From Clostridiales bacterium UBA6981 (GTDB taxonomy: Bacteria; Bacillota; Clostridia; Oscillospirales; Oscillospiraceae): a DNA stretch of 64,000 bases. The DNA lies in NCBI GenBank assembly GCA_002450075.1, contig DJYJ01000015.1, forward strand, positions 2,377-66,376, written 5' to 3'. How positions within the stretch are numbered: the stretch's first letter is position 1; each line of letters starts with the position of its first letter. Position numbers and translations under genes: made by a program. Positions 9,432 to 19,111 of the stretch are shown here, piece after piece. The notes below the pieces were generated by a model. The model did not search any database and had not been told where the DNA came from. It was given only the letters and a program-made list of their open reading frames with translations.

Positions 9432-11186
9432 TTAATATTTCAGATAATCCTTCCCGCAATAGGGATCAACGGGGCTGACGCCCTTGAATTCGCTGCGGCC
9501 CATGATCTTTTCAACCACGGCCTTGTTGAACTGCGGGGCGCTGCTGTAAGAATTGATGAAGGTCTTGATCATCGGCGCGTCGAAGAGATGATAGGGATAC
9601 GCGGTGCTGATCATCATGACCGGGATCTCGGAGACGAGCCAGGGTGCGTCGTCGCCCATGCCGAAGGCCACGTTCCAGTTCAGGCGCAGGGTCGTGTTGT
9701 TCGAGGCATTTTGCATATTGACCACATAGACATAGAGGTCATAGTTCTTCTTCATTTCCTCCACGCTGCGGTAAAGCTCGTACATCAGATATTTCTTCTC
9801 GGGGCTGAGGTTGGGATCGGTGAAGTCGGAGATGCCGATGCTGACGCGGCGGTCGCGCACCGTGACGGCAAAGCCCTCGGCCTCAAAGAGGCTCTTCCAC
9901 TCCTGCACGAGCGCGTCGTCGGGATCGGTGGATTTCTGGATGACGTTCAGGTACAGGCGCGGGTATTTCTTCGCCGAGATGGGCAGCAGATGCTGCGTGT
10001 CGTGCACCAGCGTGACGGCGCGGTCCGCCGTCTCGTCCGCCCAGGCGCGGAATTTTGCGCAGCCGACCGTGTCCAGCGCCTCTGCGCCCGGGACCAGCGT
10101 TCCCGCTGCCTGCTTTTCGGGCAGCTGCAGCGAGGCCTTGGTGGCGAGGATGCGTGTCACGGCCTCGTCGAGACGCTCGACGGAGAGGAGACCGTTCTTC
10201 ACGCCCTCAAGCAGATAGCCATAGTCCTCCTCGAGGCTCTTGTTGAAGAGGATCATGTCCGCACCCGCCGCGATGCTCAGCGGGATCGCGCGGCTGCGCG
10301 GCATGGCGATGGTAAAGCCGACCATGGCCGTGGAGTCGGTGGAAATGAGGCCGTTGAAGCCGAGCTCGCCGCGCAGAAGGCCGGTCAGCAGCTCGGGGCT
10401 GAGCGAGGCCGGCATCAGGCAGGCGGCTTTGTCGGCCGCGGGGTTGATGCGCTTTGCCCAGGCAGGCTGGGCAATGTGGCCGACCATGACGGTCTTGGCG
10501 CCCTTGTCGATCAGCGTCTTGTAGACCTTGCCGTAGCTTGCCATCCACTCCTCGCAGCTGAGGGAATTGACGCTTGTGAGCAGGTGCTGGTCGCGCTCGT
10601 CCACGCCGTCGCCGGGGAAGTGCTTGATGGAGACGGCGACGCCGCACTCGTCCGCCGCGTCGAGATAGCGTGAGGCACAGGCGAGGACCCGCTCGGGGTC
10701 AGAGCCGAAGGTGCGGGTGTTGGTGATGGGGTTGTGGAACTCCCGGTCGATGTCCACGATCGGCGCAAAGGACCAGTTGAGACCCAGCGCCGCGCCCTCG
10801 GCGCAGGCGGTGTAGCCCATGCGATAGGCAAATTCGCTGTCGTTTGCCGCCGCGACGGCCATCGGCGCGCCGAAGCTGGTGCCCTCCACGGCAAGACCAT
10901 TACCGCCGGCCTCGGTGTTGGCGGCGAGCAGCAGCGGGATCTTCGCCAGGTTCTGGATGCGGCGGTGGGTCTCCTGGATCTCGGCCTTGAGACCCGGGCG
11001 GTACATCATGCCGCCCACGCCGATCTCACAGACGAAATGGCGCAGCGCGCCCCCGTCGCTGGCAAAGCCCATGGGGCAGAAGACCTGCCCGGCCTTTTCC
11101 TCCAGGGTCATGGAGGCCAGGGTGTCCTTTACCCACCGGATCTGTTTGTCGTTCAAATAAAAGGGTCTGGCTTTCAGGTCGATCAT
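9432..11186 (-). CDS. glycoside hydrolase family 3 (beta-glucosidase/beta-N-acetylhexosaminidase-like)
   Basis: GGGAGGAA RBS. LEEKAGQVF and KHFPGDGVDERDQH blocks of the GH3 N-terminal domain. Confidence 0.75.
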   Translation of the reverse strand: MIDLKARPFYLNDKQIRWVKDTLASMTLEEKAGQVFCPMGFASDGGALRHFVCEIGVGGMMYRPGLKAEIQETHRRIQNLAKIPLLLAANTEAGGNGLAVEGTSFGAPMAVAAANDSEFAYRMGYTACAEGAALGLNWSFAPIVDIDREFHNPITNTRTFGSDPERVLACASRYLDAADECGVAVSIKHFPGDGVDERDQHLLTSVNSLSCEEWMASYGKVYKTLIDKGAKTVMVGHIAQPAWAKRINPAADKAACLMPASLSPELLTGLLRGELGFNGLISTDSTAMVGFTIAMPRSRAIPLSIAAGADMILFNKSLEEDYGYLLEGVKNGLLSVERLDEAVTRILATKASLQLPEKQAAGTLVPGAEALDTVGCAKFRAWADETADRAVTLVHDTQHLLPISAKKYPRLYLNVIQKSTDPDDALVQEWKSLFEAEGFAVTVRDRRVSIGISDFTDPNLSPEKKYLMYELYRSVEEMKKNYDLYVYVVNMQNASNNTTLRLNWNVAFGMGDDAPWLVSEIPVMMISTAYPYHLFDAPMIKTFINSYSSAPQFNKAVVEKIMGRSEFKGVSPVDPYCGKDYLKY

Positions 11187-11204
11187 TGTCGTTCCTCCCG
11201 CTAT

Positions 11205-13949
11205 TTATAGTTTCAGTTCAAACAGCCGCTTTGTGCCGTCCCGCACCATCTGCGGATTAAAGCCCCGGAAGAACAGGAACTGCAGTTCGCCGAGACTCAT
11301 GGCGAGGAATTCCGCATCGCCGGTCTCGATCAGGCCGAGGGCGAGAGGAAAATCCTCCCGCAGGAGCGCGAGCGCCTCGCCATCCTCCGCAAGCTCGCCG
11401 AGGCGGCTTTGCATGCTGTATTTCAGCCGGAAGTCGCGCTCCGGCGTATAGGTCTTTTCAAACACGCCCGCTTCCAGCTCCAGCGTTTCTCCTGTTCCGG
11501 GCAGGATCGCCTGGGCCGTACAGCCGAAGGGCACCTCAAAGCGGACGGTGAGCGTGCCGTCGGGGTTGATGCGCCAGGCCGAGCCCCACGCGCCGCTGAC
11601 GGAGTCATAGCGCACGTCCAGCTCGCGCAGTCGCCAGGTGGGCTGCGGCGCGAAGCGGACGCGCTCGAAGCCCGGCGCGAGGCTTTGGATCCCCGCGAGG
11701 TCGCGGTAGACATACTCCATGACGGAGCCGTAGGAATAGTGGTTGAGGGAATTCATCTCCGTCCCGCTGATTGTACCATCATCCAGCACGGAATTCCAGC
11801 GTTCCCAGATCGTCGTCGCGCCCAGATTCACGCAGTGCATCCAGCCCGGGAAGCCCTCCTGGAACAGGAAGTAGGCCGCGAGATCCTCCATGCCGTTTTC
11901 GGCCAGCACGCGGCACATCATCGTCGCGCCGACGAAGCCGCCCTTGATTTTCCAGCAGTCCTTCTGCAGCCGCCGCCTGAGGCTCTCGACGATGCGCTCC
12001 TTATCCACGTACACGCCGAAGTTCAGGCACAGCAGATAGGCCGTCTGGGTATCGAGGCAGAGTCGGCCGGCCGGGGAGAAATACTCGTGCAGGATCGCTT
12101 CTCGGATCTGCGCCTGCAATTGCTCATAGCGCTCGGCGTCTGCGGCCTTGCCCAGCAGCTGGGCCGCGCGGGCGAGCTTCGAAGCGGTGGCGTAATAATA
12201 CATACTCGCCACAAAGTGGTCGTCCGTGCCGCCTTTCATGCTCTGGGGCGTCACGCCGTCCTGGGCCAGCCAGTCGCCGAAATGGAAGCCGAAGTTCCAC
12301 AGCCTGTGCCCGCCGTGCTCCTCGTCCTGGCGGAGGATCCACTCCAGCCAGTCGTGCATAAGAGGATAGCTCTCGCGCAGCGCGTCCCGGTCGCCGTAGG
12401 CGTCAAAGAGCGTCATGGGCAGAAAGCTCGCCACGTCGCCCCAGACGCTGCTGCCGCCGGGAAGACCGCCGAAGTTCGGCAGATAGTTGGCCACCGCGCC
12501 GCCGTTCTTCATCTGGTCGAGGCGCAGATCCTTGAGATACTTCCGATAGAACGCGCGGGTATCCATCTGGAAGCAGGCCGTGGGTGAAAAGACCTGGGCG
12601 TCGCCGGTCCAGCCCAGGCGCTCGTCGCGCTGGGGGCAGTCGGTCGGCATGTCTATGAAGTTCGAGCACTGGCCCCAGAAGGCGTTTGATGCCAGGCGGT
12701 TGAGCTTTTGATCAGACGAGGAGAAGCGGATCGCCGTGTCAAGATCAGAGTAGACCACGCGGCCGACAAAGTCCTCTGCCTTCACCTCGCCCGGCCAGCC
12801 CGTGACGCGCACATAGCGGAAGCCGAAATAGGTGAAGTGGGCGCGCACCGTCTCGCGCCGTCCGTCCGAGACATAGATCATCTGCACCTTCGCAGTGCGG
12901 TAGTTGTCGTTATAGAAGTTTTCGTTCTGCAAAATTTCACCGTGGTCGAGGACGATCCTTGTGCCCTTCGGGAAGTCCGCCGTGTATTCGACATAGCCCG
13001 TAAAGTTCTGGCCGAAGTCGAGAACGGTTTCCCCTGCCGGGGTGCGGATCACCTCTTTGACCGGCAGACTGTCCTTCACCGTGACGGCGGGGCTGTAGCG
13101 GTCGCAGACGGGTCTGCTCTCCAAAACGGCAACTGGCTTGTCCGGGTTTTCTTTTTCTTCCCAAAGCAGACGGTCAAGCGTCTCGCCGTCATAGATGTCG
13201 GTCGCGGCAAAGTCGCTGCCGCGATAGCGCCAGCTCGCGTCTGTTCCGAGGACGGTCTCGCTGCCGTCGGCAAAGACGACGCGCAGCTCCGCAAGCGCCG
13301 CGAAGCGGTCGCCATACACCTCCCGGGCGCCCTCATAGCCCAGGCGGCCCTTGTACCAGCCGTTGCCGCACAGGATCTCAAGCCGGTTCTCCCCGTCGCG
13401 CAGCAGCCCGGTCACGTCGTAGGTCTGCGCCTGGACGGCCTCGTTATAGTCGTTGCAGAAGGGCGCGAGAAGCTCCTCGCCGATCTTTTCCCCGTTGCAG
13501 GCAGCCTCGTAGAGACCGAGCCCGGTAACGTACAGCCGCGCCGAGACGGGTTTTTCCGCCAGCGAAAAGGCGCGGAAGAACAGCGGATGAAAGCTGTCAT
13601 CCGGCTGCGTGCCGATCCAGGAGGCAGCAAAGGGCTCGCCCATCTTGCCGGTCTCGAACCAGCTGTCCGCCGCGGCGCTGTCTCCCGCGTCGCCGGTGAC
13701 CTTTACGCGCAAGAAATAGCGTGTCCGCGGCCGCAGCGTCAGCTCGACGGGCAGCGCATGACGGCTGAGCTCTTTTTCTTCCTTCTTGAACAGAATATGT
13801 GTAAAATCCGCATCCGCCGCCACGATGAGGCTTTCTCTGGTCGGGAATTTGCTCGGCGTATCCTCCACCTTCCAGGAGGCGGTGAGATACGGCAGCTCAA
13901 AGCCCATCGGCTCGCGGATGCCGTTGATTTTGATTTCCGAAATGATCAT
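11205..13949 (-). CDS. alpha-L-rhamnosidase (GH78)
   Basis: Start moved to ATG 13949 (MIISEIKINGIREPMG), preceded by GGAGAAAAAAC. IDMPTDCPQRDERLGWTGDAQVF is the hallmark GH78 catalytic-domain block. The listed 14063 start would overlap the upstream permease and a hairpin. Confidence 0.85.
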   Translation of the reverse strand: MIISEIKINGIREPMGFELPYLTASWKVEDTPSKFPTRESLIVAADADFTHILFKKEEKELSRHALPVELTLRPRTRYFLRVKVTGDAGDSAAADSWFETGKMGEPFAASWIGTQPDDSFHPLFFRAFSLAEKPVSARLYVTGLGLYEAACNGEKIGEELLAPFCNDYNEAVQAQTYDVTGLLRDGENRLEILCGNGWYKGRLGYEGAREVYGDRFAALAELRVVFADGSETVLGTDASWRYRGSDFAATDIYDGETLDRLLWEEKENPDKPVAVLESRPVCDRYSPAVTVKDSLPVKEVIRTPAGETVLDFGQNFTGYVEYTADFPKGTRIVLDHGEILQNENFYNDNYRTAKVQMIYVSDGRRETVRAHFTYFGFRYVRVTGWPGEVKAEDFVGRVVYSDLDTAIRFSSSDQKLNRLASNAFWGQCSNFIDMPTDCPQRDERLGWTGDAQVFSPTACFQMDTRAFYRKYLKDLRLDQMKNGGAVANYLPNFGGLPGGSSVWGDVASFLPMTLFDAYGDRDALRESYPLMHDWLEWILRQDEEHGGHRLWNFGFHFGDWLAQDGVTPQSMKGGTDDHFVASMYYYATASKLARAAQLLGKAADAERYEQLQAQIREAILHEYFSPAGRLCLDTQTAYLLCLNFGVYVDKERIVESLRRRLQKDCWKIKGGFVGATMMCRVLAENGMEDLAAYFLFQEGFPGWMHCVNLGATTIWERWNSVLDDGTISGTEMNSLNHYSYGSVMEYVYRDLAGIQSLAPGFERVRFAPQPTWRLRELDVRYDSVSGAWGSAWRINPDGTLTVRFEVPFGCTAQAILPGTGETLELEAGVFEKTYTPERDFRLKYSMQSRLGELAEDGEALALLREDFPLALGLIETGDAEFLAMSLGELQFLFFRGFNPQMVRDGTKRLFELKL

Positions 13950-13972
13950 AGTTTTTTCTCCTTTACGGGAAA

Positions 13973-14000
13973 GCGGGAGGCGGTAGTTGCCGCCTCCCGC
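13973..14000 (-). terminator. GC-rich hairpin after the ABC operon (weak U-tract)
   Basis: GCGGGAGGCGG / CCGCCTCCCGC 11-bp stem with a 6-nt loop, between the permease stop (14029) and the GH78 start (13949). Confidence 0.5.
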
Positions 14001-14028
14001 CGCAATTGGGTTGGAGTTATTTGCTCTT

Positions 14029-15036
14029 TCAGCTCTCGGTCTTTGCCGGCTTGTGCGTGGCAAAGAGCATGGCGAAGAGCTTTTTGATGTTGCCGGCCTG
14101 TCCGGCGACCAGGTTCACGAGGAACACGAAGACGCCCATCATCGCGATGGAGACCGCCGAGCCCATCTCCGCCTTCAGCACGGCCTTGAGACCGAAGGTC
14201 ATCATACAGATGGAAAGCGAGCCCATGATGATGCCGATGGTGTCGCCGCAGAAGACGCCGATGTACAGTCCCACGAACACGGGGAGGATGTTGGAAAACA
14301 GCTCGCCCACCGTGGACAGGGAGGAGTAGGAGGCGTCATGCTTGCCGGTGGAGGCCCAGATCATGGTGGCAAAGCCGAAGATCAGGCCGGAGTAGACATA
14401 GGACAGGATGACGTTTTTGTTCTCACTGATGCCGATGTTGACGGCCGCCTGCTGGTTCTGTGCCAGCAGCAGGCTCTGCTTGCCGGTGGTGGTCACGTAG
14501 CTGTAGAACGCATACACGGCCACAGCCCCGACGAAGGGGATCAGCACCAGGGGGAAGGTGGAGAGCTTTTTGATAAAGCTTACGGACACCAGGTTGATGC
14601 CGCCGCCGCCGAAGATCAGCGGGGTGATGGCCTCGTAGAGCAGGGCCATGCCCAGCGTGGCGATCATGATCGGCAGACGGCCGTAGACATACACCAGCGC
14701 CACGACCACGCTCAGCACCACGCACACGACGAGGCACAGCACGCAGAAGAGCAGCGTGGAGCTGTTGGTACGGGACACGGTGCCCGCCACGATGGCCGCC
14801 ACCAGCATGATGGCGCCGCCGGAGAAGTCAAAGCGTCCGTTTTTGAACTGGAGGCCGATGCCCATGGCGCAGGTGACGGAGACCGCGATATCCACGATCA
14901 GCGTCCGCCACATGGCAAGGGTGCCGAAATAGGTCTTGCCGTTGGCGTCGCAGATGATTTTCATAACGATGAACATCGCGACCGGGAGCATCAGCGTGCC
15001 GGCGATGCGTTTGAGAAGATCCATACCCTTATTCAT
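14029..15036 (-). CDS. sugar ABC transporter permease (CUT2/RbsC-like)
   Basis: Start moved to ATG 15036 (MNKGMDLLKRIAG), preceded by GGAGGC. The protein is multi-pass hydrophobic throughout and lies in an operon with a duplicated-ATPase ABC protein. Confidence 0.75.
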   Translation of the reverse strand: MNKGMDLLKRIAGTLMLPVAMFIVMKIICDANGKTYFGTLAMWRTLIVDIAVSVTCAMGIGLQFKNGRFDFSGGAIMLVAAIVAGTVSRTNSSTLLFCVLCLVVCVVLSVVVALVYVYGRLPIMIATLGMALLYEAITPLIFGGGGINLVSVSFIKKLSTFPLVLIPFVGAVAVYAFYSYVTTTGKQSLLLAQNQQAAVNIGISENKNVILSYVYSGLIFGFATMIWASTGKHDASYSSLSTVGELFSNILPVFVGLYIGVFCGDTIGIIMGSLSICMMTFGLKAVLKAEMGSAVSIAMMGVFVFLVNLVAGQAGNIKKLFAMLFATHKPAKTES

Positions 15037-15101
15037 GGAAGTCAGCCTCCAAACCGTATCAGACTTGCGGGGGAAAGTTTTTCGGGGATATGAGAGATCG
15101 C

Positions 15102-16331
15102 TTAGTTCATGTAGCCGTCCACGGCCAGAGCCTGCACGAAGGAGCAGAGGCCGGCGTAGGTGGCGTCGGGATTGACGGAGATGAAGAGATCCTTCATGTC
15201 GTCCCACTGGACCTGGGCCTTGTTGATGTCAACGGTCAGGCCGATGGGGCTGTTGTTGGCCATGGCCTCGAACTCCTCGGTGGAGTTGATGACGCAGAGG
15301 CCCGGATTGATGATCTCGGGGCCGGTGAAGTCGGGGTACATGGTGCCGGAGAGGGCGGCGTCGAGCATGGCGACAGGCCACAGGAAGCTTTCCACGGTGG
15401 AGATGCTGAGGTAAACGATGGTCTTGTCATCGCCGCAGTCGGCCAGCAGGTCGGGGTCGTTCTCAAAGCCGCCGGTGATCAGCTGCATATTGGGGTTGAT
15501 GGAGCCGTTGGCCTTGGCAGCCAGCATGGTCGGGTAGATGAAGGTGGTGCCGGCGCAGATGCCGACGATGGCGTCCAGATCCTGGTTTTCCTTCTCCATG
15601 AAGTAGGAATCCTCCAGCGGGCTGAACTGCAGCACGACGGGCTCGCCCACGACCTCGATGGGCTCGGAAGCGGTTTTGTTATACTCCTCGACCATCTGGA
15701 GGAAGTTGGCCGTGATGGCGGTCTGCTTGGGGTAGGCGTAGACGGGGAAGTTCATAACGGAGACCTTCTTGTAGCCGCGGGCGACGACCTCGTCGAAGTA
15801 GCCGCGGGCCTGCTCAACGGGGTCTACCAGACCGTCGGACACGTTGCCGAGGAAGTGGTCGTTCTGCAGAACGGCGGCGTTCACGGGGTTCTCGCCGAAG
15901 ACGCTGTCCATATCGCTGAGCACGCCGACCACATACAGATCGGGGTACTCTTCCATGATGCTGCCGAGACCGCCGTCCTGGCAGGCGATCAGGCCGACGA
16001 CGTCGGAGGTGTAGGCGTTCTTCACGGCGGCCAGGTTGGCAGCGGGATCGTTGAACATGTCGCCGTAGACGACCTCGAACTTGTAGCCCAGATTATTGCA
16101 GATCATGGTCAGGTAACCGACATAGAAGTCATAGGCCGGGCCGGAGGTGAGGTTGGACAGGTAGAGGATCTTGCCCTTGTCGGCGGCGGGAGCGGGAGCG
16201 GCTTCGGCTGCGGGGGCAGATTCGGTGCTGCCGGCGTTGTCGCTGCTCGCAGCGGGAGCGGCGGACTGGCCGCAGGCGCAGAGCGCGAACACCATGGCAA
16301 GCGCAAGGATCAGAGCGAGTGCTTTTTTCAT
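15102..16331 (-). CDS. ABC transporter substrate-binding lipoprotein (periplasmic-binding-protein type I)
   Basis: AAGGAGAA RBS. Lipoprotein signal MKKALALILALAMVFALCAC followed by an Ala/Pro/Ser-rich linker. It sits inside the ABC operon. Confidence 0.75.
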   Translation of the reverse strand: MKKALALILALAMVFALCACGQSAAPAASSDNAGSTESAPAAEAAPAPAADKGKILYLSNLTSGPAYDFYVGYLTMICNNLGYKFEVVYGDMFNDPAANLAAVKNAYTSDVVGLIACQDGGLGSIMEEYPDLYVVGVLSDMDSVFGENPVNAAVLQNDHFLGNVSDGLVDPVEQARGYFDEVVARGYKKVSVMNFPVYAYPKQTAITANFLQMVEEYNKTASEPIEVVGEPVVLQFSPLEDSYFMEKENQDLDAIVGICAGTTFIYPTMLAAKANGSINPNMQLITGGFENDPDLLADCGDDKTIVYLSISTVESFLWPVAMLDAALSGTMYPDFTGPEIINPGLCVINSTEEFEAMANNSPIGLTVDINKAQVQWDDMKDLFISVNPDATYAGLCSFVQALAVDGYMN

Positions 16332-16399
16332 GTTTGTTCTCCTTTTTTCATTTTGTTTTGCTTTTTATTCGTTCAGGCATGTGGCCTGGAGAATACGGA

Positions 16400-17383
16400 T
16401 CAGCGGGGCAGGACGCCGGTCTTCTTGCGGCAGGTGATGAGCACCACGATCAGGAAGATCGCGGCCTTGATGATAAAGGTCACACGGGCGGGCACGCCGA
16501 TGATCGGCAGACCCACGGCCAGCAGCGAGAAGGTGAAGGCGCCGACGATGGCGCAGGAGACGCGGGACTTCATGCCGCCGTTGAGCGGCATGCCGCCGAG
16601 GATCAGCGCGACCATCACGTTCATTTCAAAGCCGGTGCCCGTCGAGTCGGAGGCGGCGCCGGTGTAGCCCATCTGGAACAGGGACGCGACGACCAGGCAG
16701 ACAGCCAGGAAGATATAGGGGATCACGCGGTATTTGATCACGTCCACGCCGCTCTGGCTGGTGGCGGTCTGGTTGGCGCCGATGGCGCGGGCGTACTTGC
16801 CGTACTTGGTAAAGTAGAAGAAATAAGAAATAACGGCCGTTTCGATGACGAGCACCAGCACCATGAACCAGGGAGACTTGAACAGGTGCAGGTCGATGCC
16901 CTGCATGATGATGTTGCGGGTGCCGAGCTTGGAATAAATGATGGTGGAAACGCCGGTGAGGATCATCATGAACACGACCGAGGAGATGACCGAGTACATG
17001 TGCAAAATCTCGCCCGCCGCGCCGTTGACAACGCCGATGATCACCGCGATCACAAGGCATACCAGGATCGCGAGCCAAAGGCTCCCGGTAGCGTTGCCGA
17101 TGAGCACGAGCAGCGTGGAGTAAAGGCCGATCTGCTTGCCGATGGACACGTCCATGTTGCCGAGCGAGTAGATGAACACGGCGCCCACGCTCATGAGCGC
17201 GGTGACGATCACGTTGCTCATCAGGTTCGCCAGCTTCGAGGCGGACCAGATGCTCTCGCCCTTGATGCCGGTGCCGATGGTGAAGAAGATGATGCAGAAC
17301 AGCAGTCCGCCGACGGATGCGACCGTGGAGCCGTTCTTTTTCAGCCACTGGGAAAGCGTCTGCTTTTCTTTTACGTCTGCCAT
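16400..17383 (-). CDS. sugar ABC transporter permease (CUT2/RbsC-like)
   Basis: TAAGGAGG RBS. 327 aa, about 8-10 hydrophobic segments, adjacent to the ATPase. Confidence 0.75.
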   Translation of the reverse strand: MADVKEKQTLSQWLKKNGSTVASVGGLLFCIIFFTIGTGIKGESIWSASKLANLMSNVIVTALMSVGAVFIYSLGNMDVSIGKQIGLYSTLLVLIGNATGSLWLAILVCLVIAVIIGVVNGAAGEILHMYSVISSVVFMMILTGVSTIIYSKLGTRNIIMQGIDLHLFKSPWFMVLVLVIETAVISYFFYFTKYGKYARAIGANQTATSQSGVDVIKYRVIPYIFLAVCLVVASLFQMGYTGAASDSTGTGFEMNVMVALILGGMPLNGGMKSRVSCAIVGAFTFSLLAVGLPIIGVPARVTFIIKAAIFLIVVLITCRKKTGVLPR

Positions 17384-17394
17384 GTCGCGCCTCC

Positions 17395-18900
17395 TTAAAT
17401 CATGTATTCGATGAGGTCGGTCTGCTTGAGATCGGGGCTGCGCATGACCTCATGGGTCACGGCGAAGTCCTTCATGATGATCAGCTTGTCGCACATGCCG
17501 ATCAGCTCACTGAGCTCTTCGGAGATCATCAGGATCGCCTTGCCCTGCTTCTTCATGTCCTCAATCAGCGTATACATGGCCTGCTTGACGCCGATGTCGA
17601 CGCCGCGGGTGGGGCAGTCCATGATGATGACCTCGGATCCCTTGGCCGTCCACTTGCCGAAGGAGACCTTTTGCTTGTTGCCGCCGGAGAGGGTGTTGAC
17701 ATACTGCTTGCCGCTGTGGCACTTGATGCGGTAGTTGTCGATCTCGCCGTCGCCGAGCCGCTTCTCGTCCTTGGGGCGGATGAAGGTGAACTTTTCCAGC
17801 GCCGGGATCGAGGGCAGGACGATGTTGTCCTGGATCGGGCCGTCGAGGATCAGTGCCTCGGTGTCGCGGTTTTTGGAAATGTAGCCGATGCCGCTGTTGA
17901 TGGCCTGCAGGGGCGTTTTGATCTCCTTGCCGTGGCGCAGCACCTTGCCGCCGTCGAGCTTTTCAAGACCGTAGGCGATGCGGCCGATGTCGTGCATGCC
18001 GCAGCCGGAGAGGCCGCCCATGCCGATGATCTCACCCTTATGTAAGGTCAGGTTGAAATGCTGAATCTTTCCGAGGGACACGTCCTGCAGCTCCAGTGCG
18101 ACCTCGTCGGAATGGGAGGTGTCGTAATCCTCGCGGTAATACTTGTCGCCGATCTCGCGGCCGACCATCAGGTAACGGATGGTCTTCACCGCGTCGGGCG
18201 CGTCCATCTCCTCGCGGGTCAGATGGCCCTTGATCTCGCCGTCGCGCAGGACGGTCAGATCCGTGCACTGTTCGAGGATCTCGTCCATATCGTGGGAGAC
18301 GAAGACGACCGCCTTGTCGTTCTCGGCCATCTTGTGGATCAGCTTATAGAGGATCTCGCGTCCCTCGAGGGACAGGGCCGTTGTGGTTTCGTCGACGACC
18401 AGGATCTCGGTGGCGTCAGTGACGCAGCGCACCAGCTCCACGAGCTTGCGGTCCTCGAAGGTGTAGCGGTCGATCAGGTCGGCGGCGCGGATGTGGTCGA
18501 TGCCGAAGCTGCTCAGGATCTTCTGCGCCTCGCGGTTCATCTTTCCCATGTTGATGACGCCGAATTTGGAGAACTCCTCCTCGTGGCCGGCAAAGATGTT
18601 CTGCGCGACCGTCACGCCGGGGATGGTGTTGGCCTCCTGCAGGATCATGGAGATGCCGGCGTCCTGGGCCTGCACCATCGTGTGGGGGTGCCAGGGCTCG
18701 CCTTTATAGAACATCTCGCCGCTGGTGGCCGGCTGCATGCCGGAGGCGATGGACATGATCGTGGACTTGCCGGAGCCGTTTTCGCCCACCAGTCCGCGGA
18801 TCTCGCCTCTGCGCAGTTCAAAGTCCACGTCCTTGAGCGCGATCGTGGGACCGAATTCCTTGCGCATGTGCTTCGCTTCGAAAATGATCTCGTTTGCCAT
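17395..18900 (-). CDS. sugar ABC transporter ATP-binding protein with two fused ATPase domains (RbsA/MglA-like)
   Basis: Walker A GENGSGKST, LSGGNKQK signature in the second half, about 500 aa. ATG 18900 (MANEIIF) follows GAGG; the listed 18906 is a GTG two codons upstream. Confidence 0.85.
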   Translation of the reverse strand: MANEIIFEAKHMRKEFGPTIALKDVDFELRRGEIRGLVGENGSGKSTIMSIASGMQPATSGEMFYKGEPWHPHTMVQAQDAGISMILQEANTIPGVTVAQNIFAGHEEEFSKFGVINMGKMNREAQKILSSFGIDHIRAADLIDRYTFEDRKLVELVRCVTDATEILVVDETTTALSLEGREILYKLIHKMAENDKAVVFVSHDMDEILEQCTDLTVLRDGEIKGHLTREEMDAPDAVKTIRYLMVGREIGDKYYREDYDTSHSDEVALELQDVSLGKIQHFNLTLHKGEIIGMGGLSGCGMHDIGRIAYGLEKLDGGKVLRHGKEIKTPLQAINSGIGYISKNRDTEALILDGPIQDNIVLPSIPALEKFTFIRPKDEKRLGDGEIDNYRIKCHSGKQYVNTLSGGNKQKVSFGKWTAKGSEVIIMDCPTRGVDIGVKQAMYTLIEDMKKQGKAILMISEELSELIGMCDKLIIMKDFAVTHEVMRSPDLKQTDLIEYMI

Positions 18901-19111
18901 CTGCACGCCTCGCTTTTCAAAAAGTTCTGACCGTTTATGGTCAAATTGAACGATTCTTTTTCAACGATATTACTATACCACCCTATCCTTTTGTGCAAAA
19001 CTCACGGCTTTTTGCTGTTTTAGCACAATTTTCACTTCTCGTTGCATTATGACAAAAAACATGATATTTTAAGGACAGAATTCATCTTTTTTCGGAATTG
19101 GTGGGATTATT

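Noticed and set aside
8631-10673. 680-aa ORF antisense to pgmB and the GH3 gene
   Set aside because: It spans two well-supported genes on the other strand, and its composition is low-complexity Arg/Ala/His/Asp.
12708-16667. Chain of long + strand ORFs (12708-14087, 13987-15093, 15090-16667) opposite GH78 and the ABC genes
   Set aside because: All are antisense to genes with strong family motifs, RBSs and operon structure. Their sequences are repetitive H/D/G/A-rich.
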